A program made the translations under genes and the position numbers. From an uncultured Gemmatimonadaceae bacterium (GTDB lineage: Bacteria; Gemmatimonadota; Gemmatimonadetes; Gemmatimonadales; Gemmatimonadaceae), in the NCBI GenBank assembly GCA_963761305.1, contig CAVXGK010000002.1:1728001-1792000 (forward strand): DNA of 64,000 bases, written 5' to 3'. The notes under the pieces were generated by a model. The model was not told the DNA's origin, ran no database searches, and saw only the letters and a program-made list of their open reading frames with translations. Positions 9,724 through 19,307 of this stretch are shown here, piece after piece. How positions within the stretch are numbered: position 1 is the stretch's first letter; each line of letters opens with the position of its first letter.

Positions 9724-10506
9724 CTAGGCGCTGCGCAGGCTCCACTGATCCTCGAGCCGGATGCGGTTTCGCTCCGCCACCAGGTCGGGCCTCTCGAAGA
9801 GCTTGATCAGCAGCATGCCGGAGACGAAGCCGCCGATGTGCGCCCACACCGCCACGCCACCCGACACGTTCGACTGCATCGGCGTCATGTACGCCGTGAC
9901 GACCTGAATCGCGAACCAGTAGACCAGTACGATCCACGCCGGAATCCGGAAGACTTTGAAGAAGATGATGAAGATGAACAGCATGTGGACGCGTACCTTC
10001 GGGTACATGAGCAGGTACGCCCCGAGCACACCGGAGATGGCGCCGGACGCGCCGACCGTCGGCGCGATCGACGTCGGATTGAGCAGCACCTGCGTCGCCG
10101 CCGCGACGAGCCCGCAGACGAGATAGAACACGAGAAAGCGCGCCGGGCCCATGCTGTCTTCGACGTTGTTGCCGAAGACCCACAGGAAGATCGCGTTTCC
10201 GAGGATGTGACCCCAGCCGCCGTGCAGGAACATCGAGATCAGCGGCGTGAGATAGTTGATTCGGTCGTGGTCGACGGTGCACGAGAGTTGTCCCGGCACG
10301 ATCCAGAAGCCCGCGCCAACAGGCGCTCTGCCCGTCAGCTCGCCGGGGACCATGCCGAGGTTGCAAACGCTCTTGGCCAACTGCATCTCGGTCCCAGGCA
10401 GGCCGCCCCCCTGCACCGCGAACCACACGGCGAAGATGGCGCCCAGGATGAGCCAGGTCATCACGGGCGTTCGAAGCGTCGGGTTGTCGTCGGAGATCGG
10501 GATCAT
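9724..10506 (-). CDS. Rhomboid family intramembrane serine protease
   Basis: SMFLHGGWGHILGN, GASGAISG (catalytic Ser), VAVWAHIGG (catalytic His). Confidence 0.93.
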   Translation of the reverse strand: MIPISDDNPTLRTPVMTWLILGAIFAVWFAVQGGGLPGTEMQLAKSVCNLGMVPGELTGRAPVGAGFWIVPGQLSCTVDHDRINYLTPLISMFLHGGWGHILGNAIFLWVFGNNVEDSMGPARFLVFYLVCGLVAAATQVLLNPTSIAPTVGASGAISGVLGAYLLMYPKVRVHMLFIFIIFFKVFRIPAWIVLVYWFAIQVVTAYMTPMQSNVSGGVAVWAHIGGFVSGMLLIKLFERPDLVAERNRIRLEDQWSLRSA

Positions 10507-10699
10507 TGCTCGGATTTCGAGGCGGCCGGGTGCCCGGCCCGGTGCGACGGTCTGACAGGCACCGGACGCCGCGCGTCAGCCTTCACTGCGAGACCCCTGC
10601 CAACTTGGCGGGGATATGAGGTCCCGCAATTGCCTTCCACCACCGCGATCATGGCAGGCTCCGCCCGGCTGCCTCAACCAGGAACACGAAGAGGAAGCA

Positions 10700-12661
10700 A
10701 TGGCCGACAAAGTTATTGGAATCGATCTCGGTACCACGAACTCCGTCGTCGCGGTCATGGAAGGCGGAGACCCCGTCGTGATTCCGAACGCCGAAGGCGG
10801 TCGGACCACGCCGTCGGTCGTCGGCTTCACGAAGGACGGCGAGCGCCTCGTCGGCCAAGTCGCCAAGCGTCAAGCCGTGACCAACCCGCAGAACACGGTC
10901 TTTTCGATCAAGCGATTCATGGGCCGCAGGATGAGCGAGGTCCCGGACGAGATCAAACGAGTCCCCTACAAGGTCGTGGCCGGTCCCGGCGATCTCGCCA
11001 CGGTCGAAGTCCAGGGCAAGCGCTACACGCCGCCCGAGATCTCGGCCATGATTCTGCAAAAGATGAAGCAGACCGCCGAGGACTACCTCGGCCACTCGGT
11101 GGCGAAGGCGGTCGTCACCGTTCCCGCGTACTTCAACGACGCGCAGCGACAGGCGACGAAAGACGCCGGCAAGATCGCCGGACTCGAAGTCCTGCGAATC
11201 ATCAACGAGCCGACGGCGGCCGCGCTCGCCTACGGACTCGACAAGAAGAAGGATGAAAAAGTCGCCGTCTTCGACCTCGGCGGCGGCACCTACGACATCT
11301 CGGTCCTCGAGCTCTACGACGTCGAGGGCTCGCGCCAGTTCGAGGTGAAGTCCACCAACGGCGACACCCACCTCGGCGGCGACGACTTCGACCAGCGCGT
11401 CATCGACTGGATCGTCGGCGAGTTCAAACGCGACCAGGGCATCGACCTCTCGAAGGATCCGATGGCGCTCCAGCGCCTCAAGGAAGCCGCTGAGAAGGCG
11501 AAGATGGAGTTGTCGAGCACGATGACGACGGACATCAACCTGCCTTTCATCACCGCGGACCAGAGCGGACCCAAGCACCTCAACTACACGCTCTCGCGCG
11601 CCAAGCTCGAGCAACTGGTCGACGATCTGATCCAGCGCACGATCGAGCCGATGAAGAAGGCGCTCAAGGACGCCGGCCTCGAGCCCAAGGATATCGACGA
11701 GGTGATTCTCGTCGGCGGCTCGACGCGCATGCCCAAGATCCAGCAGATCGTGAAGGACTACTTCGGCAAGGAGCCGAATCGTTCGGTGAACCCGGACGAA
11801 GTGGTGGCGATCGGCGCGGCGATTCAGGGCGCGGTGCTCACCGGAGAGCAGAAGGACGTGCTGCTGCTCGACGTCACGCCGCTTTCTCTTGGAATCGAGA
11901 CGTTGGGCGGTGTGACAACGGTGCTCATTCCGCGCAACACGACGATTCCAACGAAGAAGTCGGAGACGTTCTCGACGGCCGACGACAACCAGACGACGGT
12001 CGAGATTCACGTGCTGCAGGGCGAGCGCGACATGGCGCGCGACAACCGCACGATCGGGAAATTCCAGCTCACCGGAATTCCGCCCGCTCCGCGCGGCATG
12101 CCGCAGATCGAGGTCACGTTCGACATCGACGCGAACGGCATCCTGCACGTGTCAGCCAAGGACAAGGCGACGAGCAAGGAACAGAAGATCCGCATCGAGG
12201 CGTCGAGCGGTCTCTCCGATTCCGACATCGACCGCATGGTAAAGGACGCCGAGAAGAACGCCACCGACGACAAGAAGCGTCGCGAGGAGATCGACGCGCG
12301 CAATCGGCTCGACAGCATGACGTACGAGGTCGAGAAGAACGCGAAGGAGTGGTCGGACCGGTTGCCGGCCGAGCTCAAGGCCAAGCTCGACGCGGCGGTC
12401 GAGCGCTCGCGCAAGGCGCTTCGCGGCGACGACACGAACGAGATTCGCGCCGCGCAGGAAGAGCTGAGCAAGGCCTACAGCGAGGCGGGTCAGTCGTTCT
12501 ACGCGCAGAATCAGGCCCCGCCGGGCGGCGGCCCCGCGTCAGGCGGTCAAGGCGGCCAGGGCGGCGAGCCCGGAGCGCCGGGTTCGACTCCGCCGGGTGG
12601 CAAGCCGCAGGACGACGTCGTCGAAGCCGACTACGAGATCGTCGACGACAGCAAGAAGTAG
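10700..12661 (+). CDS. dnaK: Chaperone DnaK (Hsp70)
   Basis: [37 protein letters not shown] at 10700 follows GAGGAAG. Confidence 0.98.
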   Translation: MADKVIGIDLGTTNSVVAVMEGGDPVVIPNAEGGRTTPSVVGFTKDGERLVGQVAKRQAVTNPQNTVFSIKRFMGRRMSEVPDEIKRVPYKVVAGPGDLATVEVQGKRYTPPEISAMILQKMKQTAEDYLGHSVAKAVVTVPAYFNDAQRQATKDAGKIAGLEVLRIINEPTAAALAYGLDKKKDEKVAVFDLGGGTYDISVLELYDVEGSRQFEVKSTNGDTHLGGDDFDQRVIDWIVGEFKRDQGIDLSKDPMALQRLKEAAEKAKMELSSTMTTDINLPFITADQSGPKHLNYTLSRAKLEQLVDDLIQRTIEPMKKALKDAGLEPKDIDEVILVGGSTRMPKIQQIVKDYFGKEPNRSVNPDEVVAIGAAIQGAVLTGEQKDVLLLDVTPLSLGIETLGGVTTVLIPRNTTIPTKKSETFSTADDNQTTVEIHVLQGERDMARDNRTIGKFQLTGIPPAPRGMPQIEVTFDIDANGILHVSAKDKATSKEQKIRIEASSGLSDSDIDRMVKDAEKNATDDKKRREEIDARNRLDSMTYEVEKNAKEWSDRLPAELKAKLDAAVERSRKALRGDDTNEIRAAQEELSKAYSEAGQSFYAQNQAPPGGGPASGGQGGQGGEPGAPGSTPPGGKPQDDVVEADYEIVDDSKK

Positions 12662-12687
12662 GGTCGAGGCGTAAAGTTTTTGTGATG

Positions 12688-12720
12688 ACCGGCTCGCGGC
12701 GGAAACCCGAGCCGGTTTGT
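12688..12720 (+). terminator. Probable intrinsic terminator after dnaK
   Basis: ACCGGCTCG...CGAGCCGGT 9-bp stem followed by TTGT. Confidence 0.6.
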
Positions 12721-12764
12721 GCGTGTCATTAAGACGAAGCCCTTGTCCAGCGGTCGAGGGCGCT

Positions 12765-12790
12765 CGAAACTTGCACCAGCCCCGCGTGTA
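12765..12790 (+). promoter_or_regulatory. Candidate ECF-sigma promoter for degP
   Basis: CGAAAC-N16-TGTA, similar to the SigW-type TGAAAC-N16-CGTA consensus, about 40 bp before the ATG. Confidence 0.4.
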
Positions 12791-12829
12791 GGATTCAGGA
12801 TCAACATTTCACGCAGGTACATCGCCTCT

Positions 12830-14443
12830 ATGACCAGTCGCTACTCTCGCGCACGTTTCAGCGCCGCCGTCGTGGTGGCGTTTTTCTGCGGGCTGATTTT
12901 CGCGTCGGGTTTCGACCTGACGCACTTCGGCTGGGCGCAGGCGCGCGTCGGCTCATCGTCGACAGCGCAGAAACCGAGCGAAGCGCAAATCGCGCCGGCG
13001 GCCGATCTGGAGTCGGCGTTCGAAGCCGTCGCCGACCACGCGCGCCCCGCGGTCGTTTCGATCGACATCGAGAAGTTCGCCAAGCCCCGTCCCGCCGTGG
13101 TTCAGCGCCGCCCACGCGGCCAAGGGCAGCTTCCGCCGGGCATGGAGCAGTTCTTCCGTCAGTTCGACCCGAACGCACAGCCGGACGACACGCCTGAAGA
13201 GGCGAGCGGCTCGGGCTTCATCGTTTCAAACGACGGCTACATCCTGACCAACAATCACGTCGTCGCCGACGCCGATCGCGTGAACGTCACGCTGTTCGAC
13301 AAGCGCGTGTTCCTCGCGAAGGTCATCGGCCGCGATTCGACGACCGACGTCGCCGTCATCAAGATCGACGCCGGCAGCAACCTGCCGACGCTTTCGCTCG
13401 GCGACGACGCGAAGGCGCGCGTCGGCGCGTGGGTGCTGGCCATCGGCAATCCGTTGACGCTCGACTTCACGGTCACGGCCGGCATCGTGAGCGCCAAGGG
13501 TCGCAAGGCGACCGGCCTGCTGAATCCGAACGGCCAGAATCCGTACGCGATCACCGACTACATCCAGACCGACGCCGCGATCAATCCAGGCAACTCGGGT
13601 GGTCCGCTGCTCAACATCCGCGGCGAAGTGATCGGCATCAACAGCGCGATCGCCAGCGGCACGGGCCGGTACGAAGGCTACGGCTTCGCGATTCCGATCA
13701 CGCTGGCCAAGCAGGTGATGGACGACCTCGAGAAGTACGGCAAGGTTCGTCGCGCAGTCGTCGGCGTCGTCCTCGGCGAAGTGAGTCCGGCGGACGCGAA
13801 GGCCGCTCACCTCGCGCAGGTTGGCGGTGCGTTGGTCGGCGACTTCAATCCGGCGCACGACAGCCCCGCCGAACGAGCCGGCATCCTGCAGGGCGACGTT
13901 ATCGTGGGTGCGGACGGTAAGCCCGTGGACCAGGTCAGCACGCTCCAGCGCATCATTCGCGGCCACAAGCCTGGCGACGTCGTGGATCTCGAGATCGTAC
14001 GCTATGGCGACACCAAGCATTTCAAGGTGAAGCTCGCCGAACCGCCGGCAGACGTCAGCCCCGCGGCCCAAGGCGAAGAAGAGGACTCGACGCCGGTGCA
14101 TCCGACGGCGTCGACGGGCAAGCAGAACGACAAGTTGGGCGTCACGGTGCAGCCGATTCCGCCGGACTACCTCCAGCAGTCGAAGCTGCAGCCGCAGTAT
14201 CGCTCGGGCCTGTTCGTGGGCGCCGTCAGCGGGCGCGGTTCGGCGTTCCGCAATCTCTTCCAGAACGACATCATTCTGCGTGAGATGGCGCCGTCGCCGC
14301 GCGACATTCACAGCGCCGAGGATCTTGCGGCCGCCGTCGCGTCGCTCAAGAGCGGTGACGTCGTGCAGTTCAAGGTCTGCGCGAATCCCGACCCTCGCAC
14401 GGGTTCCTGCCCGACGCGCATCGTGAGCATCGAGATCCGGTGA
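12830..14443 (+). CDS. degP: DegP/HtrA family periplasmic serine protease with PDZ domains
   Basis: GSGFIVS, TNNHV, TDVAVIK, QTDAAINPGNSGGPL; N-terminal hydrophobic segment; PDZ-like C-terminal half. Confidence 0.93.
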   Translation: MTSRYSRARFSAAVVVAFFCGLIFASGFDLTHFGWAQARVGSSSTAQKPSEAQIAPAADLESAFEAVADHARPAVVSIDIEKFAKPRPAVVQRRPRGQGQLPPGMEQFFRQFDPNAQPDDTPEEASGSGFIVSNDGYILTNNHVVADADRVNVTLFDKRVFLAKVIGRDSTTDVAVIKIDAGSNLPTLSLGDDAKARVGAWVLAIGNPLTLDFTVTAGIVSAKGRKATGLLNPNGQNPYAITDYIQTDAAINPGNSGGPLLNIRGEVIGINSAIASGTGRYEGYGFAIPITLAKQVMDDLEKYGKVRRAVVGVVLGEVSPADAKAAHLAQVGGALVGDFNPAHDSPAERAGILQGDVIVGADGKPVDQVSTLQRIIRGHKPGDVVDLEIVRYGDTKHFKVKLAEPPADVSPAAQGEEEDSTPVHPTASTGKQNDKLGVTVQPIPPDYLQQSKLQPQYRSGLFVGAVSGRGSAFRNLFQNDIILREMAPSPRDIHSAEDLAAAVASLKSGDVVQFKVCANPDPRTGSCPTRIVSIEIR

Positions 14444-14482
14444 GGCTGGTGGACCGGTGAGGCGGGTGGACCGGTGGACCGG
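14437..14482. repeat. Short tandem repeat (two 17-bp units plus a partial unit) spanning the degP stop
   Basis: CCGGTGAGGCTGGTGGA / CCGGTGAGGCGGGTGGA / CCGGTGGACCGG. Confidence 0.7.
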
Positions 14483-14506
14483 AAAAAAACTTTAGACTAG
14501 AAATTC

Positions 14507-14538
14507 AAAGGGAGCCGCAACCGTGGCTCCCTTTTTTT
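14507..14538. terminator. Bidirectional intrinsic terminator between convergent degP and the fibre operon
   Basis: AAAGGGAGCC-GCAACCGT-GGCTCCCTTT-TTTT. Confidence 0.8.
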
Positions 14539-14571
14539 CCTTGCACGCCCTTTGCCCGACCCGTCCACCCG

Positions 14572-15159
14572 CTACGGCGACGTGAGCGTGAACGTCACGT
14601 TCATCGTGTAGGTCCCCGGCTTGTCCGTGGTCCAGTGGACGATCGGGCGAACGTACATCGACACGGGCGCGCCTGGACCCGGCGTGCCGGTGGTGACGGT
14701 CTTTGCCGTCGTCGTCATCGCCGTGCGGGTTCCCGCCGGCGTGAGACTCCACACCAGATCGGCGACAGGCTTGGACGTCCACGCGCCGCCACTCGCCGTC
14801 CAGAACGCCGAATTGCCGTTCACCTGCACCGTCCAGGAACGATTCCCCATCACCGTGAGCGAAACGACCGACGGCGTGGCAAGGCCGGTCGCCACGTTCA
14901 TGTCCGCCGACGTCGCCGTGTAGCTCGACGACGTCGGTGAAACCGTGAGCTGGAGGAGCGCGGGGTTCACGATCGTGGCCGGAGCCGGCAGCGACACGGT
15001 CGGCGTACACTTGCCGGAAGCACCGGTGACTTTGCACGTCACCACCGCCTGTGCTCCCGCGGCGTCGACGAGCAACGCCGACAGCGCGAGCGAACCGAGC
15101 GCGCCGCGTGCACCGAGTGCGCATCGTGCCAATCGTTTCACATGCACGTTGAACCTCAT
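14572..15159 (-). CDS. Secreted pilin-like beta-rich subunit (paralog of 19308-19856)
   Basis: Signal peptide ending AGA-Q; N-terminal Cys pair CKVTGASGKC; KPVADLVWS; C-terminal DKPGTYTMNVTFTLTSP. ATGA overlap with the upstream gene. Confidence 0.7.
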   Translation of the reverse strand: MRFNVHVKRLARCALGARGALGSLALSALLVDAAGAQAVVTCKVTGASGKCTPTVSLPAPATIVNPALLQLTVSPTSSSYTATSADMNVATGLATPSVVSLTVMGNRSWTVQVNGNSAFWTASGGAWTSKPVADLVWSLTPAGTRTAMTTTAKTVTTGTPGPGAPVSMYVRPIVHWTTDKPGTYTMNVTFTLTSP

Positions 15160-17834
15160 GACGCACCTCGATCGCGCTTCTCTACCTGCTGCTTCGTGCG
15201 GAAGATCTTGACCGGCCGGGTCCGGACGGTCACGACGACGCGCTGCCTGCCGGACGTCGCGCCGATTTCAATTATCGACGTGGGATCGATCGTGAGGGGT
15301 TCGCTCGATCCTTCGAGATCCGTTCTCAGTACGTAGTGGCCGGACGGCAGCCCGTCGAACGTCGCGCGCAGCGATGCGTCGGTACGCACGATCCACTCGC
15401 GGCCCGTCGAGTCGCTCAGCGTCAGCGTCACCGTGCCCACGCGCACCGCGGGCATCGATCCGTCGGACAGCGGCGCGACGTCGACCCGCACGTCGAGCGA
15501 CGCCATCGGGATGACGCCAAGCTGGAGGACATCCGACGTTCCGTCGAGAAGACGCGGGCTCGGAATCCATCCCTTCGGGAGCGAGCGATCGTCGATCTCG
15601 GCGCGCGCGGTGGCGCCGCTGTTCATTCGATATTCGCCGTTGGCGTCGGTGACCGCCGTTTCCGACCCGCGGTGCACGACGATGCCGGGCACGCCGGGCT
15701 CGCCAGGATCGCGCACGCCGTTGCCGTTGCGATCCTGGAAGACGATGCCGGTCACCACGCGCCGATCGAGCACGCCGATGCTCGACGCGCGTTCCACCTT
15801 GAGCGTGAACACCGTGTGCAGCACGCCGAGTGCGTCGAGAGCCGTACCGCGTTCGGCACCCACGACGATCCGCAGCGAGCGATGGACGTCGAAGTCAAGC
15901 TCGGCCCGCGACGTCACCACGCTGACCTCGCCAAAGCGAAGCCGCTGCGCGTCCGCGCTCACGGTCCAGCGTGGGAAACGCGGCCAGATTTGGAATCGGT
16001 CGATGTGCGCGTCGATCGTCGACTGCGGCGGCGTGGCCGTCGGGCCGAAGGTGGCCGTCTGGATGGAACCGCTCACGCCGAACGAACCCCGCGCGCTGAC
16101 GCGATCGATGCTCAGCTGATCGATCACGCGCCGCGATCCTTCGTCTTCGATCGAGGTGAGCGAGTCGACGACGTTCTGCGCCACGTTGCTCAAACGCGTG
16201 GTGGCTCCGATGTCGAACCCGGCGGCCAGCAATCGCGCGCGAACGCCGTAATCCGTCTGCGACGACCCGAAGCCGCCGATCGAGTCGTGCGACGTCACGG
16301 TCGAATGCATCGCGTCGGCGCCGAAGGTCAGCGTCGGCAGAATCGCGTAGGTCGGCGACAGCGACCAACCGGCCGAACCGATCGCCGTCTGCGACGCGTC
16401 GTCGTCGCGCATCGACCAGAAGCTGAAGTCGGTGCGAAGACGTCCGATGCCGCGGTCAGCGCCGAACGACACCGCGTCTCGGGCCGGCGCGAACGCCGAC
16501 GTGCCGCCAGGCGCGTGCGTCATCTTGAGCGCGACGTCGCCGCCGGCGATGGGCCCGCGAAAATCCGCTTCGGCACCCAAGCCGCTCCCGTCCTGATACG
16601 AGCGCCCCGCGATCGTTCCCGCCGCGTAGGCGTTCGTCCACGGCTGCGACTCGAGTGACAGGCCGAGCGCGTCGAGGTTGCGGACGAGATACGTCGAGTC
16701 GCTCAGATGCGAGAAGAACGCGCTCACCATGCCGAAGCCGAACTGCTTCTGCGTCGTCGCGACGAACAGCGTAGGCGCACCCCAGGTGTCCTGCGTGGCG
16801 AGCGGCGCGGCGCCGAGGAGTTGCAGTCGCTCGTCGGCCGGACCGAGGCGCAGCGACGCGCCGCGCCCGAACACGTTCTGTCCGCCCAGATCCCCGAGCG
16901 TTAGACCGGTCGTGCCGACGGTGCCGCCCCACGTCGGCGAGGCGAGAGAAAGAAAGTTGGCTTGCGAGCTGTACCCGAACGTCGACAGCGCGCGGCCGCC
17001 GATGAGGTCGTCCGACATCGGCGTGGACACGCGCCCGCTGATCGACACGGCGTCGGTCAGCGGACCGTCGATCGCCACGGATTCCACCGTGCGCGTCGGC
17101 AAACCGGCGCTCATCGCCGACGCCGCGCCGACCGTCACCACCGGCCCGGGACGGCGGCCGCCCTGCGACGCGTCGCTCACCTCGACGATCGACGACGCGA
17201 GCGCTCGCTCGCCCGACGAGTTGCGCACGATCATCGTCATCGCGCCGTCGCCGAGGTCGGCGCTGAGAGGAATGGCCGCGGTCACGGACCGCTCGATCGA
17301 TTCGCCGCGCTGCAGCAACACGCGCAAAGGACCGACGATGCGCGCGTTCCACAACGGCGGCGCCTCAACGGACAGCTCGAGCGTGTCGAGCTGATTTCCC
17401 GCATTGAGGATCGTGTACGTGAGCTCGACGCGGTCGCCCGGATGCGCACCGCGCATCGGTTGCGACGCGGTCACCGTGATGCGCGCAACGTGAGTGACGT
17501 CGACCTCGATCGGCACGCGCACGCCCGGCGCCCCGTCGGCGACGAATCGGACGAACCCGACGCGCGACCGTCCGGCCGCCGCGGCCGCGGGTACGGCCAC
17601 CGTCACCATGACCGCGCCGCTTCGGGTGACGGTTCCGTTCCGCGCGCCGAGCAGCGAGATGTTCCCGGTACCCACGACTTCGTAGGTGATCTTGCGCGAG
17701 TGAGACAACTCTACTGGGACGGCGACGCTCACGACGCGAAACGAGCGTGGCATCGCCGCGTTGACGACGACGCTCGCGACCTCGCGCTCCTCGCCGGGGT
17801 CGCGCGTCGTCGAGTCGACCGGCACAGTGTCCAC
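15156..17834 (-). CDS. Large usher-like outer-membrane protein candidate (Ig/NEW3-like region, long beta-rich region, SdrD-B-like C-terminal domain); the true start is probably ATG 17955 in another frame
   Basis: PGDRVELTYTILNAGNQLDTLELSVEAPPLW (Ig-like); alternating beta-strand patterns; GIVFQDRNGNGVRDPGEPGVPGIVV..TDANGEY (SdrD-B-like); lies in an operon with chaperone-like and pilin-like genes. Confidence 0.65.
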   Translation of the reverse strand: MDTVPVDSTTRDPGEEREVASVVVNAAMPRSFRVVSVAVPVELSHSRKITYEVVGTGNISLLGARNGTVTRSGAVMVTVAVPAAAAAGRSRVGFVRFVADGAPGVRVPIEVDVTHVARITVTASQPMRGAHPGDRVELTYTILNAGNQLDTLELSVEAPPLWNARIVGPLRVLLQRGESIERSVTAAIPLSADLGDGAMTMIVRNSSGERALASSIVEVSDASQGGRRPGPVVTVGAASAMSAGLPTRTVESVAIDGPLTDAVSISGRVSTPMSDDLIGGRALSTFGYSSQANFLSLASPTWGGTVGTTGLTLGDLGGQNVFGRGASLRLGPADERLQLLGAAPLATQDTWGAPTLFVATTQKQFGFGMVSAFFSHLSDSTYLVRNLDALGLSLESQPWTNAYAAGTIAGRSYQDGSGLGAEADFRGPIAGGDVALKMTHAPGGTSAFAPARDAVSFGADRGIGRLRTDFSFWSMRDDDASQTAIGSAGWSLSPTYAILPTLTFGADAMHSTVTSHDSIGGFGSSQTDYGVRARLLAAGFDIGATTRLSNVAQNVVDSLTSIEDEGSRRVIDQLSIDRVSARGSFGVSGSIQTATFGPTATPPQSTIDAHIDRFQIWPRFPRWTVSADAQRLRFGEVSVVTSRAELDFDVHRSLRIVVGAERGTALDALGVLHTVFTLKVERASSIGVLDRRVVTGIVFQDRNGNGVRDPGEPGVPGIVVHRGSETAVTDANGEYRMNSGATARAEIDDRSLPKGWIPSPRLLDGTSDVLQLGVIPMASLDVRVDVAPLSDGSMPAVRVGTVTLTLSDSTGREWIVRTDASLRATFDGLPSGHYVLRTDLEGSSEPLTIDPTSIIEIGATSGRQRVVVTVRTRPVKIFRTKQQVEKRDRGAS

Positions 17835-17951
17835 CGGAACGACGGTGATCGCCGTTACGCGTGCGACACTGGCGCGGTGCGGCTGCTGACCGGAGGGCGC
17901 GGCCGAGCGCGCCGAGCGCGCCGAGTACGACGGCGATCGCGATGCGTCGCG

Positions 17952-18452
17952 TCATGGCGTGCTCACGTTGACGGTCATCGCGATCGTCGTCCCGTACGAC
18001 GCGCCCGTGTCCGTCCAGTCGAGCATCATGCGCAACTTGACGCCGGCGGAAAATGAGCCGCCTTTGCCGAGAGACACGGCCTTGACCGTGCGCGCCGCCT
18101 GAACCGCTCCCGTGCACCCCTGCGTGATCGATGCAAACGGCTTCGACAGATCACTCGGCTCCCACATCAACTTCGAGAGCAACTTGCCATTCCCGAGGTT
18201 CGCGCCCGTCGAACAGATCTCTACGGTGGTCGTGTGCGTGTTGCTCGCGTTGCCACCGGTGAGCGTGACCGTGAAGTTGATCGTGGGCCCGTCGATGTAG
18301 CCGTTGACGTAGTCGGCCAGCGTTGGCTGGACGAACGTGGTCGCCGAGCCGCTGGTGATCGTGAGCGTCGTGGTCTGCGCCGCCGACGCGCGAGCGCCGG
18401 CGAAGACCAAACCGCACACGAGGATCGCCGCGCTCGCGGCGCGCCGCGTCAC
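17952..18452 (-). CDS. Secreted pilin-like subunit (divergent paralog)
   Basis: Signal peptide ending SAA-Q; Thr-rich beta strands; PTLADY; internal Cys pair; KLMWEP; C-terminal SYGTTIAMTVNV. Confidence 0.65.
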   Translation of the reverse strand: MTRRAASAAILVCGLVFAGARASAAQTTTLTITSGSATTFVQPTLADYVNGYIDGPTINFTVTLTGGNASNTHTTTVEICSTGANLGNGKLLSKLMWEPSDLSKPFASITQGCTGAVQAARTVKAVSLGKGGSFSAGVKLRMMLDWTDTGASYGTTIAMTVNVSTP

Positions 18453-19282
18453 GGGATTTCCAGTTCCACCTGCCCGGCGGCGATCTCGGCCCCCTCGTAA
18501 TCGAGGAGTGCAAGCAGCACATATCTCCCCGAGGGGAGATGCGGAAGTGCAACACCGAGGCGCCGCGTCGCGCCGGGAAGTGCGGGAAATTCAGGAATGT
18601 CGATCTTCGACACGACCGAGTTGTCCGGTCGGCGAATCTCAACGGCACCGTGCGCGACCGTCTGTCGCGCGCCCGTGTTCTTGTAGGTGATCTGCAGTTC
18701 GCGGATGGTCTTTCCGCGCTTTCCACCCGGAGTGCTGTCAGGACGGTCGACGACGTCGACGTCCGTCACCTCGGCGCTGGGTGTCGTCTCCGGCTCGACG
18801 TAGACCTTCACGCCGTAGCGCACACTGTACTGCACGCCGGACTGCGGCGTGCTCCGCGGCGGCGGCGGCGTCTCGACGAAAAGAATAGCGTAGCAGCCGT
18901 GCCCGATCGCCGACGCGCTGTCCACCGTCACACGGATGGTCTGCGCCGATCGCGGTTCGAGCTGTAGCACGGACGGGTAGACGCTGACGTGCGATCCGCA
19001 CGACGTCGCCAGGGTGCCGGTCGGGTAGTACCGATTCTCGCCGGCTTCGCTGCGATCCCAGTCCTGCATCGAGATCGTGGCGTGCGCGGGCGCGATACCG
19101 GGATTGGCGGCGCTGAACTGCGTCGTCGCCGTGGTGGTGCCGGCGCGCAACGGCACGTGCAGCTCGAGCTGGTCGACTGCGACCTGCGCTGCCGCCACGT
19201 GCGGGGCGAACGCGGCGAGCGCGCCGGCGAGGGCAATCAACCGCCCCGGCCGACGCGCTGCGCGCGCGATGCGAGTGCTCAT
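18449..19282 (-). CDS. Periplasmic pilus-chaperone-like protein (PapD/EcpB-like, two Ig-like domains)
   Basis: ATG 19282 after GGAGG; signal peptide ending AAA-Q; VSVYPSVLQLEPRSAQTIRVTV, AILFVE, RYGVKVYV, YKNTG, GRYVLLALLDY. Confidence 0.7.
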   Translation of the reverse strand: MSTRIARAARRPGRLIALAGALAAFAPHVAAAQVAVDQLELHVPLRAGTTTATTQFSAANPGIAPAHATISMQDWDRSEAGENRYYPTGTLATSCGSHVSVYPSVLQLEPRSAQTIRVTVDSASAIGHGCYAILFVETPPPPRSTPQSGVQYSVRYGVKVYVEPETTPSAEVTDVDVVDRPDSTPGGKRGKTIRELQITYKNTGARQTVAHGAVEIRRPDNSVVSKIDIPEFPALPGATRRLGVALPHLPSGRYVLLALLDYEGAEIAAGQVELEIP

Positions 19283-19307
19283 CCTCCGCTCCGGAGGTCG
19301 CGAGGTA

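Noticed and set aside
8875..11256. 793-aa + strand ORF and similar long ORFs (1978-3768, 24966-27680, 43421-45931, 47899-49968)
   Set aside because: Antisense or off-frame shadows of clearly identified genes, expected in high-GC DNA; no domain motifs.
14437..14482. CRISPR array
   Set aside because: Short adjacent units with no spacers and no cas genes; no array seen anywhere in the window.
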